DNA of 64,000 nucleotides from Alkalispirochaeta sp. (GTDB lineage: Bacteria; Spirochaetota; Spirochaetia; DSM-27196; Alkalispirochaetaceae). A program made the translations under genes and the position numbers. Positions 39,234 through 48,232 of the stretch are shown piece by piece. Below the pieces are notes generated by a model that worked only from the letters and a program-made list of their open reading frames with translations, searched no databases and had not been told where the DNA came from. The stretch is taken from the NCBI GenBank assembly GCA_965242725.1, contig CBDESZ010000003.1, positions 81,524 to 145,523 of the forward strand, given 5' to 3'. Every line of letters begins with the position of its first letter. Position 1 is the stretch's first letter.

Positions 39234-40163
39234 ATGGTACAGTTAGAAAACGTCACAAAACATTACGGAGACCTCCGCGCCCTCAAGGGCGTGAGTTTTT
39301 CAATTCCTCCCGGCGGGATCGTCGGACTTCTCGGACCCAACGGTGCCGGAAAGACGACGACGATGCGCATCATGACGGGGTACCTGGAACCCACCGCCGG
39401 CGAGGTCACCATCGCCGGGGTGCCCTTTACCCCCGATTCGGTGGAGCTCAAGCGCCTGATCGGATACCTCCCCGAGTCGGCGCCCTCATACGGGGACATG
39501 CTCGCCTGGGACTACCTCATGTACGAAGCGCGCCTCCACGGCATCGACGGACGGAAGCGTGTCCCGGAAGTCATTCGCGAAGTGGGACTCGGCGACCACG
39601 CCCACATGCCGATTCGGGAGCTCTCCAAGGGCTATCGCCAGCGCGTCGGCCTCGCCCACACGCTCATACACGACCCGGAAATCCTCGTCCTCGACGAGCC
39701 CACCAGCGGCCTCGACCCCAACCAGATTATCGAGGTTCGCGCCCTTATCCGCCGCATCGCCCGCACCAAGACGGTCATCCTCTCCACCCACATCATGCAG
39801 GAGGTGGAGGCCCTCTGCAGCCGCGTCATCGTCATTCATGACGGAGCGATCCGCTATGACGGTTCCATCGACGACTTCTCCGGCGACCGGCGGCGTATCC
39901 GTCTTCTCCTTTCAAATATTGAACCGGAGGTTCTGCGGGAGCGCCTCTCCGTTCTGGAGGGTTTCAAGACGCTGCGCATGGATGAGACTCGGGAGGACAA
40001 CCTCACCGCCTGCGTCGTCGAATCCGAGGGGAGCGTCGATCTCCGCCCGGAGATCTTCCACCTCGCCGTAGAGATGGACCTCACCCTCTATGAAATGGCG
40101 GAGGAACGGACATCCATGGAGGACATCTTTCATCAGCTTACCCGGGAGGCCATCAATGTCTGA
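39234..40163 (+). CDS. ABC transporter ATP-binding protein, GldA-like
   Basis: GPNGAGKTT, GYLPE, LSKGYRQRVGLA, DEPTSGLDPNQ, STHIMQEV. Confidence 0.9.
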   Translation: MVQLENVTKHYGDLRALKGVSFSIPPGGIVGLLGPNGAGKTTTMRIMTGYLEPTAGEVTIAGVPFTPDSVELKRLIGYLPESAPSYGDMLAWDYLMYEARLHGIDGRKRVPEVIREVGLGDHAHMPIRELSKGYRQRVGLAHTLIHDPEILVLDEPTSGLDPNQIIEVRALIRRIARTKTVILSTHIMQEVEALCSRVIVIHDGAIRYDGSIDDFSGDRRRIRLLLSNIEPEVLRERLSVLEGFKTLRMDETREDNLTACVVESEGSVDLRPEIFHLAVEMDLTLYEMAEERTSMEDIFHQLTREAINV

Positions 40164-40917
40164 TCGATCACCGCAAAATGAATCGGCCGCCCTGACGTCA
40201 TACAGGCGCGGCGGCACCGCAACTCTGGCGCTTATCCGTCGCGAGCTTGCCGGATACTTTCAGACGCCCGTAGCGTATGTGGTGGGCGCTGTTTTCCTCG
40301 GTGTGACGGCGTCGCTCTTCTTTTCGGTCTTTTTTCTCTTTGAACGGGCCGAGCTGCGTCACTTCTTCGGCCTCCTGCCCATGCTCCTGGCGATCCTCAT
40401 GCCCGCCCTCGCCATGAGGCTGGTGGCGGAAGAGCGTAGAAGGGGTACGTGGGAGATTCTCGCCACCCTCCCCATCGGAAACGGACATATCGTCGTCGCG
40501 AAGTTTGTCGCCCTGTGGATTACGGGACTTTTCCTGTTGGCGCCGACGCTCTTCTTTGCCCTGACGGTGACGGGATTCGGGGCGCTCGACCCCGGTCCCG
40601 TCGCGGGAGGCTACCTCGGGGCGATCCTGCTCATCGCGGTCTACGGTTCGGTCGGCCTCTTTGCGTCGGCGGTGGCCCGGAATGAGACGGTCGCCCTCGT
40701 CGTCGGACTGGTGATCGCCCTCTTTCTCGCCCTCCTTGAGAGTCTCGTCATCCTCATTCCCGGTGAGGCGGTCTCACTGATCCAGTTCTTCAGTACGGGA
40801 TACCACTTCTCCTCCTTCACCAGGGGTGTGGTTGATACGCGGTCGGTCGTCTATCTCGTGAGTGCAACGGTCTTTTTTCTCGTTCTCACCCATATGCAGC
40901 TTCAGCGCAGAAGATAG
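40156..40917 (+). CDS. ABC-2 permease, GldF-like
   Basis: RELAGYFQTPVAY, MRLVAEERRRGTWEIL, HFSSFTRGVVD; ATG 40156 with GGAGG. Confidence 0.88.
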   Translation: MSDRSPQNESAALTSYRRGGTATLALIRRELAGYFQTPVAYVVGAVFLGVTASLFFSVFFLFERAELRHFFGLLPMLLAILMPALAMRLVAEERRRGTWEILATLPIGNGHIVVAKFVALWITGLFLLAPTLFFALTVTGFGALDPGPVAGGYLGAILLIAVYGSVGLFASAVARNETVALVVGLVIALFLALLESLVILIPGEAVSLIQFFSTGYHFSSFTRGVVDTRSVVYLVSATVFFLVLTHMQLQRRR

Positions 40918-40926
40918 GAGGCAACG

Positions 40927-43047
40927 GTGAATACCTCTCGCGTCCCCACGCGGCTTATCGCCGCAGTCAACTTTGTCCTTGTGATTGGAATACTCGTCCT
41001 CATCAATCTTGTTGCGGGCAACGCATATCGAAAGTTCGACTTAACCAGAAACGACGCCTACAGTCTCTCACGGGTCAGCGAAGAAACGCTTGCACGCCTG
41101 GAGGACCCGCTGCGCGTCTACGTCCTCTTCAGCAACGACCTCCCCGCGCCCTACAACGGTGTCCGTCAATACCTGACAGACCTGCTTCGGGAGTATCGCG
41201 CCGCCGGTGGCGACACATTCACCTGGGAAGCGATCGACGTATCCACTCCTGAAGGACGGCAACAGGCGCAGCAGTACGGCCTGCAGCAGATAGAAATCCA
41301 GGAGGTGCGGTCGGACCAGTTTCAGTCCCGGGCGGTCTATATGGGTGCGGTCATCCTCTACGGCAATGTGGTGGAACGGGTGGATCGCCTCACCACCACC
41401 GACGGACTTGAGTACCGCCTTACCGCGGCGATGTCTTCGGCGATTGAACAGGTAGACGCCCTCGCCGGTACGACGGAACCGGTTGTCATGGACGTCTTTG
41501 CCTCGCCCGCTCTGGAAGAACTGGGCATACAGGGATTCCGGGAGCTCAACGCACAGCTCGCGGCGATTCACGAGCGGATCAACAGGGACAACTACGGCAA
41601 GATCGAGTATTCCTTCAATCGGCCGGCGACGGCGGCGGAAATCCGGGACGCGGCGGAACGATTCGGCGTCCGTCCCCTCCGCTGGGAGGCAAACGACGGT
41701 ACCGTCAGGGAAGGGCTTCTTGAAGTCGTCCTCCATACGGGGGATCAGGTAAAACGGATTCCCCTTGAAATATATTCCCAGCTCTTCGGTGGATATACCC
41801 TCGACGATCCAGCCAATATAGAGGAATCGATCCGACAGGGTCTGCGGGGCCTCGTCTCGCCCAATCCACGAATCGCCTACGCCGTCGGCCACGGGGAAAA
41901 AGCGCTGCAGGACCAGCGTCAGGGCGCCGCCCCTCTGGCCGCCCTCGCGGGTGAGCGATATGAACTTCTTCCCGTCTCGCTCGATAAGAATGACATCCCC
42001 GCGGACATCGATACTCTGATCGTGAACGGTCCCTCCGTACCGTACAGCGAGGAAGCGCTCTATCGGATCGATCAGTTTGTCATGAACGGCGGCTCCGTCT
42101 TTTTTCTCGTCGACCGATATCGGCAGGTGATTCCCACGCAGCAGCAGCAAATGATGGGCGTTCAACCCGGATGGGAAGAGAACGAAACAGGTGTGGAGGC
42201 CCTTCTGGAATCGTACGGCGTCACCGTCACGGGAGCGTTTGTCCTCGATGAGGAAAGCTACACGGCCCGTCAGGGCGGCCAGTCCCTCACACTCTTCCAG
42301 GCACCGGTACTCAGCGGAGATAGTCTCAACGACGATGCAGCGGTTACCGCGGGGCTGCAGGACGTGATCGTTCTCAATACGACGGAACTCCTGCCGTCAC
42401 GGGACCTTTCCGAGGATCGGGCTTCCGGTGGAGGTGAGCCGGTTTACACATTCCTTTTGCGTACCTCACCGCAGAGCTGGACCGTCCAGACCCCCGAGGA
42501 TGTGGGGCCGTGGATAGAGGGAGCACCGCCGTCGGCGGATCTGGGTCGTCGCGACGTTGCCGTTTTGCTGAACGGAACGTTGACGAGTCACTTCGACGGT
42601 CCCCTGGATGTCGGTGGTGATCCCGGCGATCCCGGAAATCCCGGGCCGGAGCGTTTTGCCGAAAAGTCCACCGGCGACGGGGAAATTATCGTCGTCTCGT
42701 CATCGGCGTTGACGACGGCGCAGATGCTGGATCCGCAAAACCGCACACCCAACGGTACTTTTGTGCTCAACGTTCTCGACTACCTCAGCGGGGCGTCCGG
42801 CATTGCGGAGCTTCGCAGCAAGGGATTGGGCGTGCCACGGATCACGGTGGAGCATCCCGCCGCGGTCGCGGCGGCCCGATGGGGAAATGTAATTCTGGTT
42901 CCTCTCTTTGTCGTCGCCGTCGGTCTCTTTGTATGGTATCGACGGCGAATACGACGCGCCCGGATTGCCGCGACGTTCGGTGCGCCGTTGCCCGCCGGTC
43001 AGGCGACCGTTACGGACGAAAACCACGGGGAGGAAAAATATGACTGA
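40927..43047 (+). CDS. GldG-family ABC auxiliary component
   Basis: DLTRNDAYSLS, DLLREY, LEYRLT, GHGE, IDQFVMNGG, NVLDYL, N- and C-terminal TM helices. Confidence 0.88.
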   Translation: MNTSRVPTRLIAAVNFVLVIGILVLINLVAGNAYRKFDLTRNDAYSLSRVSEETLARLEDPLRVYVLFSNDLPAPYNGVRQYLTDLLREYRAAGGDTFTWEAIDVSTPEGRQQAQQYGLQQIEIQEVRSDQFQSRAVYMGAVILYGNVVERVDRLTTTDGLEYRLTAAMSSAIEQVDALAGTTEPVVMDVFASPALEELGIQGFRELNAQLAAIHERINRDNYGKIEYSFNRPATAAEIRDAAERFGVRPLRWEANDGTVREGLLEVVLHTGDQVKRIPLEIYSQLFGGYTLDDPANIEESIRQGLRGLVSPNPRIAYAVGHGEKALQDQRQGAAPLAALAGERYELLPVSLDKNDIPADIDTLIVNGPSVPYSEEALYRIDQFVMNGGSVFFLVDRYRQVIPTQQQQMMGVQPGWEENETGVEALLESYGVTVTGAFVLDEESYTARQGGQSLTLFQAPVLSGDSLNDDAAVTAGLQDVIVLNTTELLPSRDLSEDRASGGGEPVYTFLLRTSPQSWTVQTPEDVGPWIEGAPPSADLGRRDVAVLLNGTLTSHFDGPLDVGGDPGDPGNPGPERFAEKSTGDGEIIVVSSSALTTAQMLDPQNRTPNGTFVLNVLDYLSGASGIAELRSKGLGVPRITVEHPAAVAAARWGNVILVPLFVVAVGLFVWYRRRIRRARIAATFGAPLPAGQATVTDENHGEEKYD

Positions 43048-44071
43048 CGAGCAGAGGTTTCCGAAAATTCCAGTCCGAACATTCATATACGCCGCGATCG
43101 TGATTATCCTCGCAGCGATTTTTGTCATTCAGGAAACAACTGAAACTCGGGGTACCACAATGCCGGTACCGGAGTTCGATGCGGGCGCCGTCGATCAGGT
43201 TCGGATTGAGGGAGCCGGGGAAAGCCTCATATTCTCCCGCTCCGGTGATTCCACCGATTCTACTAAAAAGACCGGCCCGTGGACGATGGGTGAGGAATCC
43301 TATCCCGTCGCGGAGGGTCGGATCGACGAGGTCCTGAAAGAGATCGGGTCGATTAAACGGGCGGACGTGGTTACCGGAAGAGGGAACGCCGGGGATTACG
43401 GCCTCGACGAGGCAGGTCTCATGACGGTCCGCATCTTTACCGGGAATATCGAACCGGTGTCGATTCAGCTTGGCGATACCGCGGCGAGCGGAAACGCAGT
43501 CTACGGCCGCATCAATGGCGCACGGGAAATCGTCCTCCTTCCGCGCTCCCTGGAGACCGCCGTATCTACCGACCCGCTTCGTTTTCGCGAGCGGACTATG
43601 GCGGAAATTTCCGCCGACGACATTGTACAGGCGGAGGTAACCGTCGGGCGGAATCCACCTGTTGTCGTACAACGGGCGATCGAAGAAGACGGGACGTCTG
43701 AACAGACGCCTGACTCGCCGTCGGTAGCGGACGCCTTCAGTGAGACGGCGTGGCGCGCCGTCGACCCGGTCACGGGCGAAGCGGTCTCGGCGGAGCGACT
43801 CAATGCCTTTGTCAGAGAACTGGCAAGCCTGGAAGCGTCGACCTTTCCGGAGTATCTCCCCACGGACGGCGACCGGTCGCCGTGGACGGGGGATCCCGCA
43901 TCGAAGGTTGCGGTGGAGACGATTCTCGGTGAGACGGTGGAGTTGCAGATGTGGGAGTCTGCGGAGGAAGAGCGGGTTCCCGCCCGTATCACCACTTCTC
44001 CCTATGATTTTTACATTCCCCGATGGCGGGCGGAGCGTCTTCTCCTTGGCCTGACATCCGGCGAGGAGTAA
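43040..44071 (+). CDS. DUF4340 domain-containing protein
   Basis: N-terminal TM, W...YPV, DYGLD, IQLGD, YGRING, RFRERT; usual position after GldG. Confidence 0.75.
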   Translation: MTDEQRFPKIPVRTFIYAAIVIILAAIFVIQETTETRGTTMPVPEFDAGAVDQVRIEGAGESLIFSRSGDSTDSTKKTGPWTMGEESYPVAEGRIDEVLKEIGSIKRADVVTGRGNAGDYGLDEAGLMTVRIFTGNIEPVSIQLGDTAASGNAVYGRINGAREIVLLPRSLETAVSTDPLRFRERTMAEISADDIVQAEVTVGRNPPVVVQRAIEEDGTSEQTPDSPSVADAFSETAWRAVDPVTGEAVSAERLNAFVRELASLEASTFPEYLPTDGDRSPWTGDPASKVAVETILGETVELQMWESAEEERVPARITTSPYDFYIPRWRAERLLLGLTSGEE

Positions 44072-44109
44072 CGACCGCTTCCGGCTGCGCCGGTTCCACT
44101 ATACTTCGC

Positions 44110-45474
44110 CTATGAGTGTGTCACTGCCACCCGTTCGGCCAGGGCTTTCGCCCGCTTCGTACCCTCCCGCAGGACCTCTTCTTCACCGGGGACGCGGCGG
44201 CCTCGCATCAGTATTTCGCCCCCGCAGATGACGGTGTCCACCATCGTGCCGTTGGCGGCATAGACGAGATTGCTTTCTATGTTGTGGACCGGCGTCATTT
44301 GCGGGTGGTCCAGGGATACGAGAATCATATCGGCGGGACCGCCTTCCTGAATCGCACCATCCACTCCCCACCTTTGAAACACGTTGCTGTAAACTCCGGT
44401 CGCAAGCTCAAGGGCTTCGTGAGCGTTGAGGCGGGTCGCGTCGTTGGAATATGCCTTCTGGAGGAGCGCCGCAAGTTTCATTTCATCAATCATGTCGAGG
44501 CTGTTATTTGATGCGACACCGTCAGGAGCGAGCATGACCGGAATATTCTCTTCTCTGATCGCCTTCCAGTCAAAGACTCCGGAGGCAAGTTTCATGTTGC
44601 TCCCGGGGTTGTGCGCCAGCGTGACGCCGTATGCTTTCGCGATCTTCCGTTCCGTTTCATCCATCCAGATGCCGTGTGCGGCGATTGCGTGTCCGGCGAC
44701 GCGGTTCAATACGCCGATGCGTTCGAGCCACTGCCATGGCCTCACGCCGTTCTCTCTCAGACACTCCGATACTTCCTGCTCCGTTTCGGACATATGAATA
44801 TGAAAGACCAGCCCCATCTCTTCCGCCCGTTCCGCGCTCCAGCGCAGGAGGTCGGGACTGCAGGTGTAAATGCTGTGGGGGGCGATGGTCGGGAATACAC
44901 GTTCATTCCGATCTTCCGAACCGTTATAATCCGCGAGCAGTTTGTCCACGGAATTCTGCATCATCCGGCGCCGTTCAGTGTCGTGAAAATCAAAGAGGGC
45001 GAGTCCCACGGCGGCACGAATACCGGCATCCCGGAACGCGGCATATCCCCTGGGATAGAAGAAGTACATGTCGTTGGCAAACGTCGTTCCGCTCTTGACC
45101 ATTTCGAGCGCCGCAAGACGTGTGCCCCAGTAAATATCTTCTTCCGTGAGGGACGCCTCGGCGGGCCAGATGCGCGTTTCCAGCCACTCCTGAAGACGCA
45201 TGTCGTCGCCGTAGCCCCGCAACAGCGTCATCGCGGCGTGGGTATGGCTGTTCTTCAATCCTCCCAGCGCACAGAGGTTTCTTCCGTCTATTGACGTGAG
45301 ATCACCATTACCGGTGGATCTGTCGTTCCGGCCGACCGGCGTGTCCCTGTTCGATTGTCCGTCAGCAGTCGGGGTGATTTTCGCTATCATTCCACCACGA
45401 ATTTCAACCGTTTGATCGATACGAACACCGTCTGCAGTTATCACATAGGGGAGGTCCGTTATCCGAATGGTCAT
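44110..45474 (-). CDS. mtaD: 5'-methylthioadenosine/S-adenosylhomocysteine deaminase
   Basis: NSHTHAAMTLLRG, WLETRIWPAE, SGTTFANDMY, APHSIYT, HIHMSET, HNPGSNMKLASG, DGVASNNSLD. Confidence 0.88.
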   Translation of the reverse strand: MTIRITDLPYVITADGVRIDQTVEIRGGMIAKITPTADGQSNRDTPVGRNDRSTGNGDLTSIDGRNLCALGGLKNSHTHAAMTLLRGYGDDMRLQEWLETRIWPAEASLTEEDIYWGTRLAALEMVKSGTTFANDMYFFYPRGYAAFRDAGIRAAVGLALFDFHDTERRRMMQNSVDKLLADYNGSEDRNERVFPTIAPHSIYTCSPDLLRWSAERAEEMGLVFHIHMSETEQEVSECLRENGVRPWQWLERIGVLNRVAGHAIAAHGIWMDETERKIAKAYGVTLAHNPGSNMKLASGVFDWKAIREENIPVMLAPDGVASNNSLDMIDEMKLAALLQKAYSNDATRLNAHEALELATGVYSNVFQRWGVDGAIQEGGPADMILVSLDHPQMTPVHNIESNLVYAANGTMVDTVICGGEILMRGRRVPGEEEVLREGTKRAKALAERVAVTHS

Positions 45475-45517
45475 GCTTGATTGTACCATCCCCTTTTTCG
45501 CGATACCATACGGCGTT
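45475..45517. promoter_or_regulatory. Overlapping divergent promoters for mtaD and ugd
   Basis: Minus strand TGgTACAAT (45488-45480) 5 nt before ATG 45474; plus strand TTGTAC-17-TACCAT (45481-45509) 8 nt before ATG 45518. Confidence 0.6.
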
Positions 45518-46903
45518 ATGGCAAAGAATATTACCGTTCTCGGGACCGGATATGTCGGTCTCGTCAGTTCCGTGGGACTTGCCGATTTCGGGAACAGCGT
45601 TACCGGCGTGGATCTCCGTGAAGACATAGTCGCCTCCCTCAATGAGGGTCGACCGACGATTTTCGAAATCGGACTGGAGGAGTATCTCCAGCGTAACCTG
45701 GAATCGGGGCGTCTCTCCTTCACCACAGACGGAGATACTGCAATAGAAAATGCGGAAATTGTATTCTTTGCAGTCGGGACTCCGCCGAAAGAAGACGGTC
45801 ATGCCGATCTTTCCCAGATCGAAGAAGCGGCGCGACAGGTAGCCCGCCATCTCAACGGCTACAAGGTTGTGGTGACCAAGAGCACGGTGCCGGTGGGAAC
45901 CAACAGACGCATACAGGAACTCATCGCCGAGACGTCGGGGAAATCTCCGGGACGGGACTTCTCTGTCGTCAGCAATCCCGAGTTCCTGCGGGAAGGCCGG
46001 GCGGTACAGGATTTTTTCCATCCCGATCGGGTGGTACTCGGATGTGAGGACGAGCGCGCGGGTGAGTATATGGAAGACGTTTATCGCGCCCTGTATCTCA
46101 TCGAGACCCCGTTTGTACGATGCAATCTTGAAACGGCGGAACTCATCAAGTACGCATCAAACGCATTCCTGGCAACCAAGATTACCTTCATCAATCAAAT
46201 GGCCAACCTGGCGGAAGCGACGGGAGCGGATATCCACACAATCGCCCGAAGCATGGGAATGGACGGACGGATAAGTCCGAAGTTTCTCCATCCCGGTCCG
46301 GGGTACGGCGGAAGCTGTTTTCCCAAAGACACCAAAGCCGTTGCCGCAACGGGCGACGAATACGGTGTCGACATGAGCCTCATCAAGGAGGTCGTCCGGG
46401 CCAATGCACGACAGAAGACGATTACCGCCCGAAAGCTCATCACCCTCATGGGCGGAAACGTTTCAGGCAAGACGGTGGCCGTCCTCGGTCTCGCCTTCAA
46501 GGCGGAAACTGACGATGTCAGAGAGAGCCCGGCAATCGATATCGTTCAGGAGTTGCTTCTTCAGGGCGCGACGGTACGGGTCTTCGATCCGGAAGGAATG
46601 GACAACTTCAAGAGCGCCGTTCTCGGCGAAGGCCCCTTCGGCTCGGCCCTCAATTCCGAATTGAGGGAAAAGGTGGCCCACGCTGCAGCCGAGCGCCTCC
46701 ACTACAGCGGTGATGAATTCGGGGCGCTTTCCGGCGCCGACGGGTTGATTATCGTAACCGAGTGGAATTCCTTTCGGAATATCGATCTCGACCGCGTCGC
46801 GAAGGTTATGTCAGGTAAGGTGATCTTTGACGCGCGGAATGTTCTCGATCCCGATACGGCCCGGCAGAAAGGATTTTCCTACGCCGGAGTCGGCCGCTTG
46901 TAA
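45518..46903 (+). CDS. ugd: UDP-glucose 6-dehydrogenase
   Basis: GTGYVGL, KSTVPVGT, SNPEFLREG, KYASNAFLA, GYGGSCFPKD, GLAFKAETDDVRESP. Confidence 0.95.
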   Translation: MAKNITVLGTGYVGLVSSVGLADFGNSVTGVDLREDIVASLNEGRPTIFEIGLEEYLQRNLESGRLSFTTDGDTAIENAEIVFFAVGTPPKEDGHADLSQIEEAARQVARHLNGYKVVVTKSTVPVGTNRRIQELIAETSGKSPGRDFSVVSNPEFLREGRAVQDFFHPDRVVLGCEDERAGEYMEDVYRALYLIETPFVRCNLETAELIKYASNAFLATKITFINQMANLAEATGADIHTIARSMGMDGRISPKFLHPGPGYGGSCFPKDTKAVAATGDEYGVDMSLIKEVVRANARQKTITARKLITLMGGNVSGKTVAVLGLAFKAETDDVRESPAIDIVQELLLQGATVRVFDPEGMDNFKSAVLGEGPFGSALNSELREKVAHAAAERLHYSGDEFGALSGADGLIIVTEWNSFRNIDLDRVAKVMSGKVIFDARNVLDPDTARQKGFSYAGVGRL

Positions 46904-48187
46904 AGTATTCACAAGCCTGTTGATACGGCCGCCAGGAGATCCCGGGCCGCATACCCGGGAACCCTGACGGTCGTACCTTTCTGCCCCTTCTTCCACCGCA
47001 CCGGCGGCGTCGCGACCTGTGCAAGAAAGACCTCCCGGATCGATTCCGGTATCGCCTGCCGGGTCACCCGGTATCGTCGGGTATAGAACCGTTCATTCAA
47101 CCCGCGGATCAATTCCGACGAGATCCCCGCCGCAGAGGCGTGACTTCTCATCTCTGCCCGCTTCTCCCGCCACGGCCGCACGCAGTTATGGTTCCACCCG
47201 AATACCCACGCCCGATGCATCTGTATCGTTCCATGACGCCCGAAGGCGATCGTCTCCCGGGTATGTTCCTTCTCCCGGTGCCGCAACAGCCGGTCAACAT
47301 AGTTTACCGGAAACAACCGGTTCTCCATCGTCCGCGGGGCACTCCCCGCGGTACGGATATGCGTCAGCTGCCCCGCCGACCGGAGATGCCGGTAACAGTC
47401 GTTCGACCGGAGAACCGATCGATACACCGGGTGTTCGTCGGTGTCGATAACAATCGGTGCCGTGCAGGTATATCGGACATAGTCGAGTATTTCACGACAC
47501 AACAGAGAGATAGCGCTCCCCACCGCCCCCTTCGTCGGGGACCATACGGCGTACTTTCGCCGCCGTCGTCGCCGTTGTCGGGATGTCATGGTACCGCCCC
47601 GACGGGTGATGGTATGGGTCATGGTCAGGATCATCTCACCGGTTCGACTGACCACCGTGGTGATATCGCAGGGGTAGTCCTGGGAGGTCACGAATGACCG
47701 CAGGCCGTCGAAGACGACATTCCGGAGGGGTGGCATGGTATCCAGCAGATGGATATGCCCGATCATTGCCTGACGACCGAGGCGCAGAACGGCGTTTCGT
47801 ATCGCTGCCGGAGAGACGTGGTAGCGAGTCGCCGCTTCGCGCATGGAGGCGCCGCCGGTGAGGGTGGTGGAGATCGCCTTGAGGGGGAGGCGTCGTTTGG
47901 CGTAGTAGTGCATGGATTCGGTCTGATCACTGAAGGTCTTGCCGCAGGCGATACAGCGATAGCGCGGGACGGTTCCGTGGGCCACTGTATCGTAGGAGCC
48001 GAAGCGGACGCGCCAACGGGGCGGCGGATGGTGGAAATGGCGACAGGCAGGATTGGAACAATGGGTCGGAATGGGCATGAGGGATACCTCCGGGGGACGG
48101 ATCGGGAACCCGCAAAGTTGGGTTCCCGTCATAACTCCCTACACACCAATGACTACTGTCGCTTTTTCAACATACTTGTGAATACTT
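46903..48187. mobile_element. Insertion sequence, about 1285 bp, IS1/IS1595-like
   Basis: Terminal IRs aagtattcacaagcctgttga (46903-46923) and tcaacatacttgtgaatactt (48167-48187), 19/21 match; single transposase; no target duplication seen. Confidence 0.8.
46909..48078 (-). CDS. Transposase (Zn-ribbon, HTH, RNase H-like domain)
   Basis: CSNPAC...RYRCIACGKTFS Zn ribbon; SMREAATRYHVSPAAI HTH; FDG, DTDEHPVY, NYVDRLLR, RETIAF; GGAGGT before ATG 48078; stop lies within the left IR. Confidence 0.8.
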   Translation of the reverse strand: MPIPTHCSNPACRHFHHPPPRWRVRFGSYDTVAHGTVPRYRCIACGKTFSDQTESMHYYAKRRLPLKAISTTLTGGASMREAATRYHVSPAAIRNAVLRLGRQAMIGHIHLLDTMPPLRNVVFDGLRSFVTSQDYPCDITTVVSRTGEMILTMTHTITRRGGTMTSRQRRRRRRKYAVWSPTKGAVGSAISLLCREILDYVRYTCTAPIVIDTDEHPVYRSVLRSNDCYRHLRSAGQLTHIRTAGSAPRTMENRLFPVNYVDRLLRHREKEHTRETIAFGRHGTIQMHRAWVFGWNHNCVRPWREKRAEMRSHASAAGISSELIRGLNERFYTRRYRVTRQAIPESIREVFLAQVATPPVRWKKGQKGTTVRVPGYAARDLLAAVSTGL

Positions 48188-48195
48188 CAGACAGC

Positions 48196-48225
48196 TTGAC
48201 CGCCGAGAGGGTCCACCGGTATGTT
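48196..48225 (+). promoter_or_regulatory. sigma70 promoter for leaderless lysA
   Basis: TTGACC-18-TATGTT, 7 nt before ATG 48233. Confidence 0.6.
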
Positions 48226-48232
48226 CACCTCA

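Noticed and set aside
45475..45726. N-terminal extension of mtaD overlapping ugd
   Set aside because: It is antisense to the conserved ugd start; the amidohydrolase sequence and promoter fit ATG 45474
46880..48205. gcttg on both IS flanks as a target-site duplication
   Set aside because: The two copies are not equidistant from the IRs and only 5 bp long
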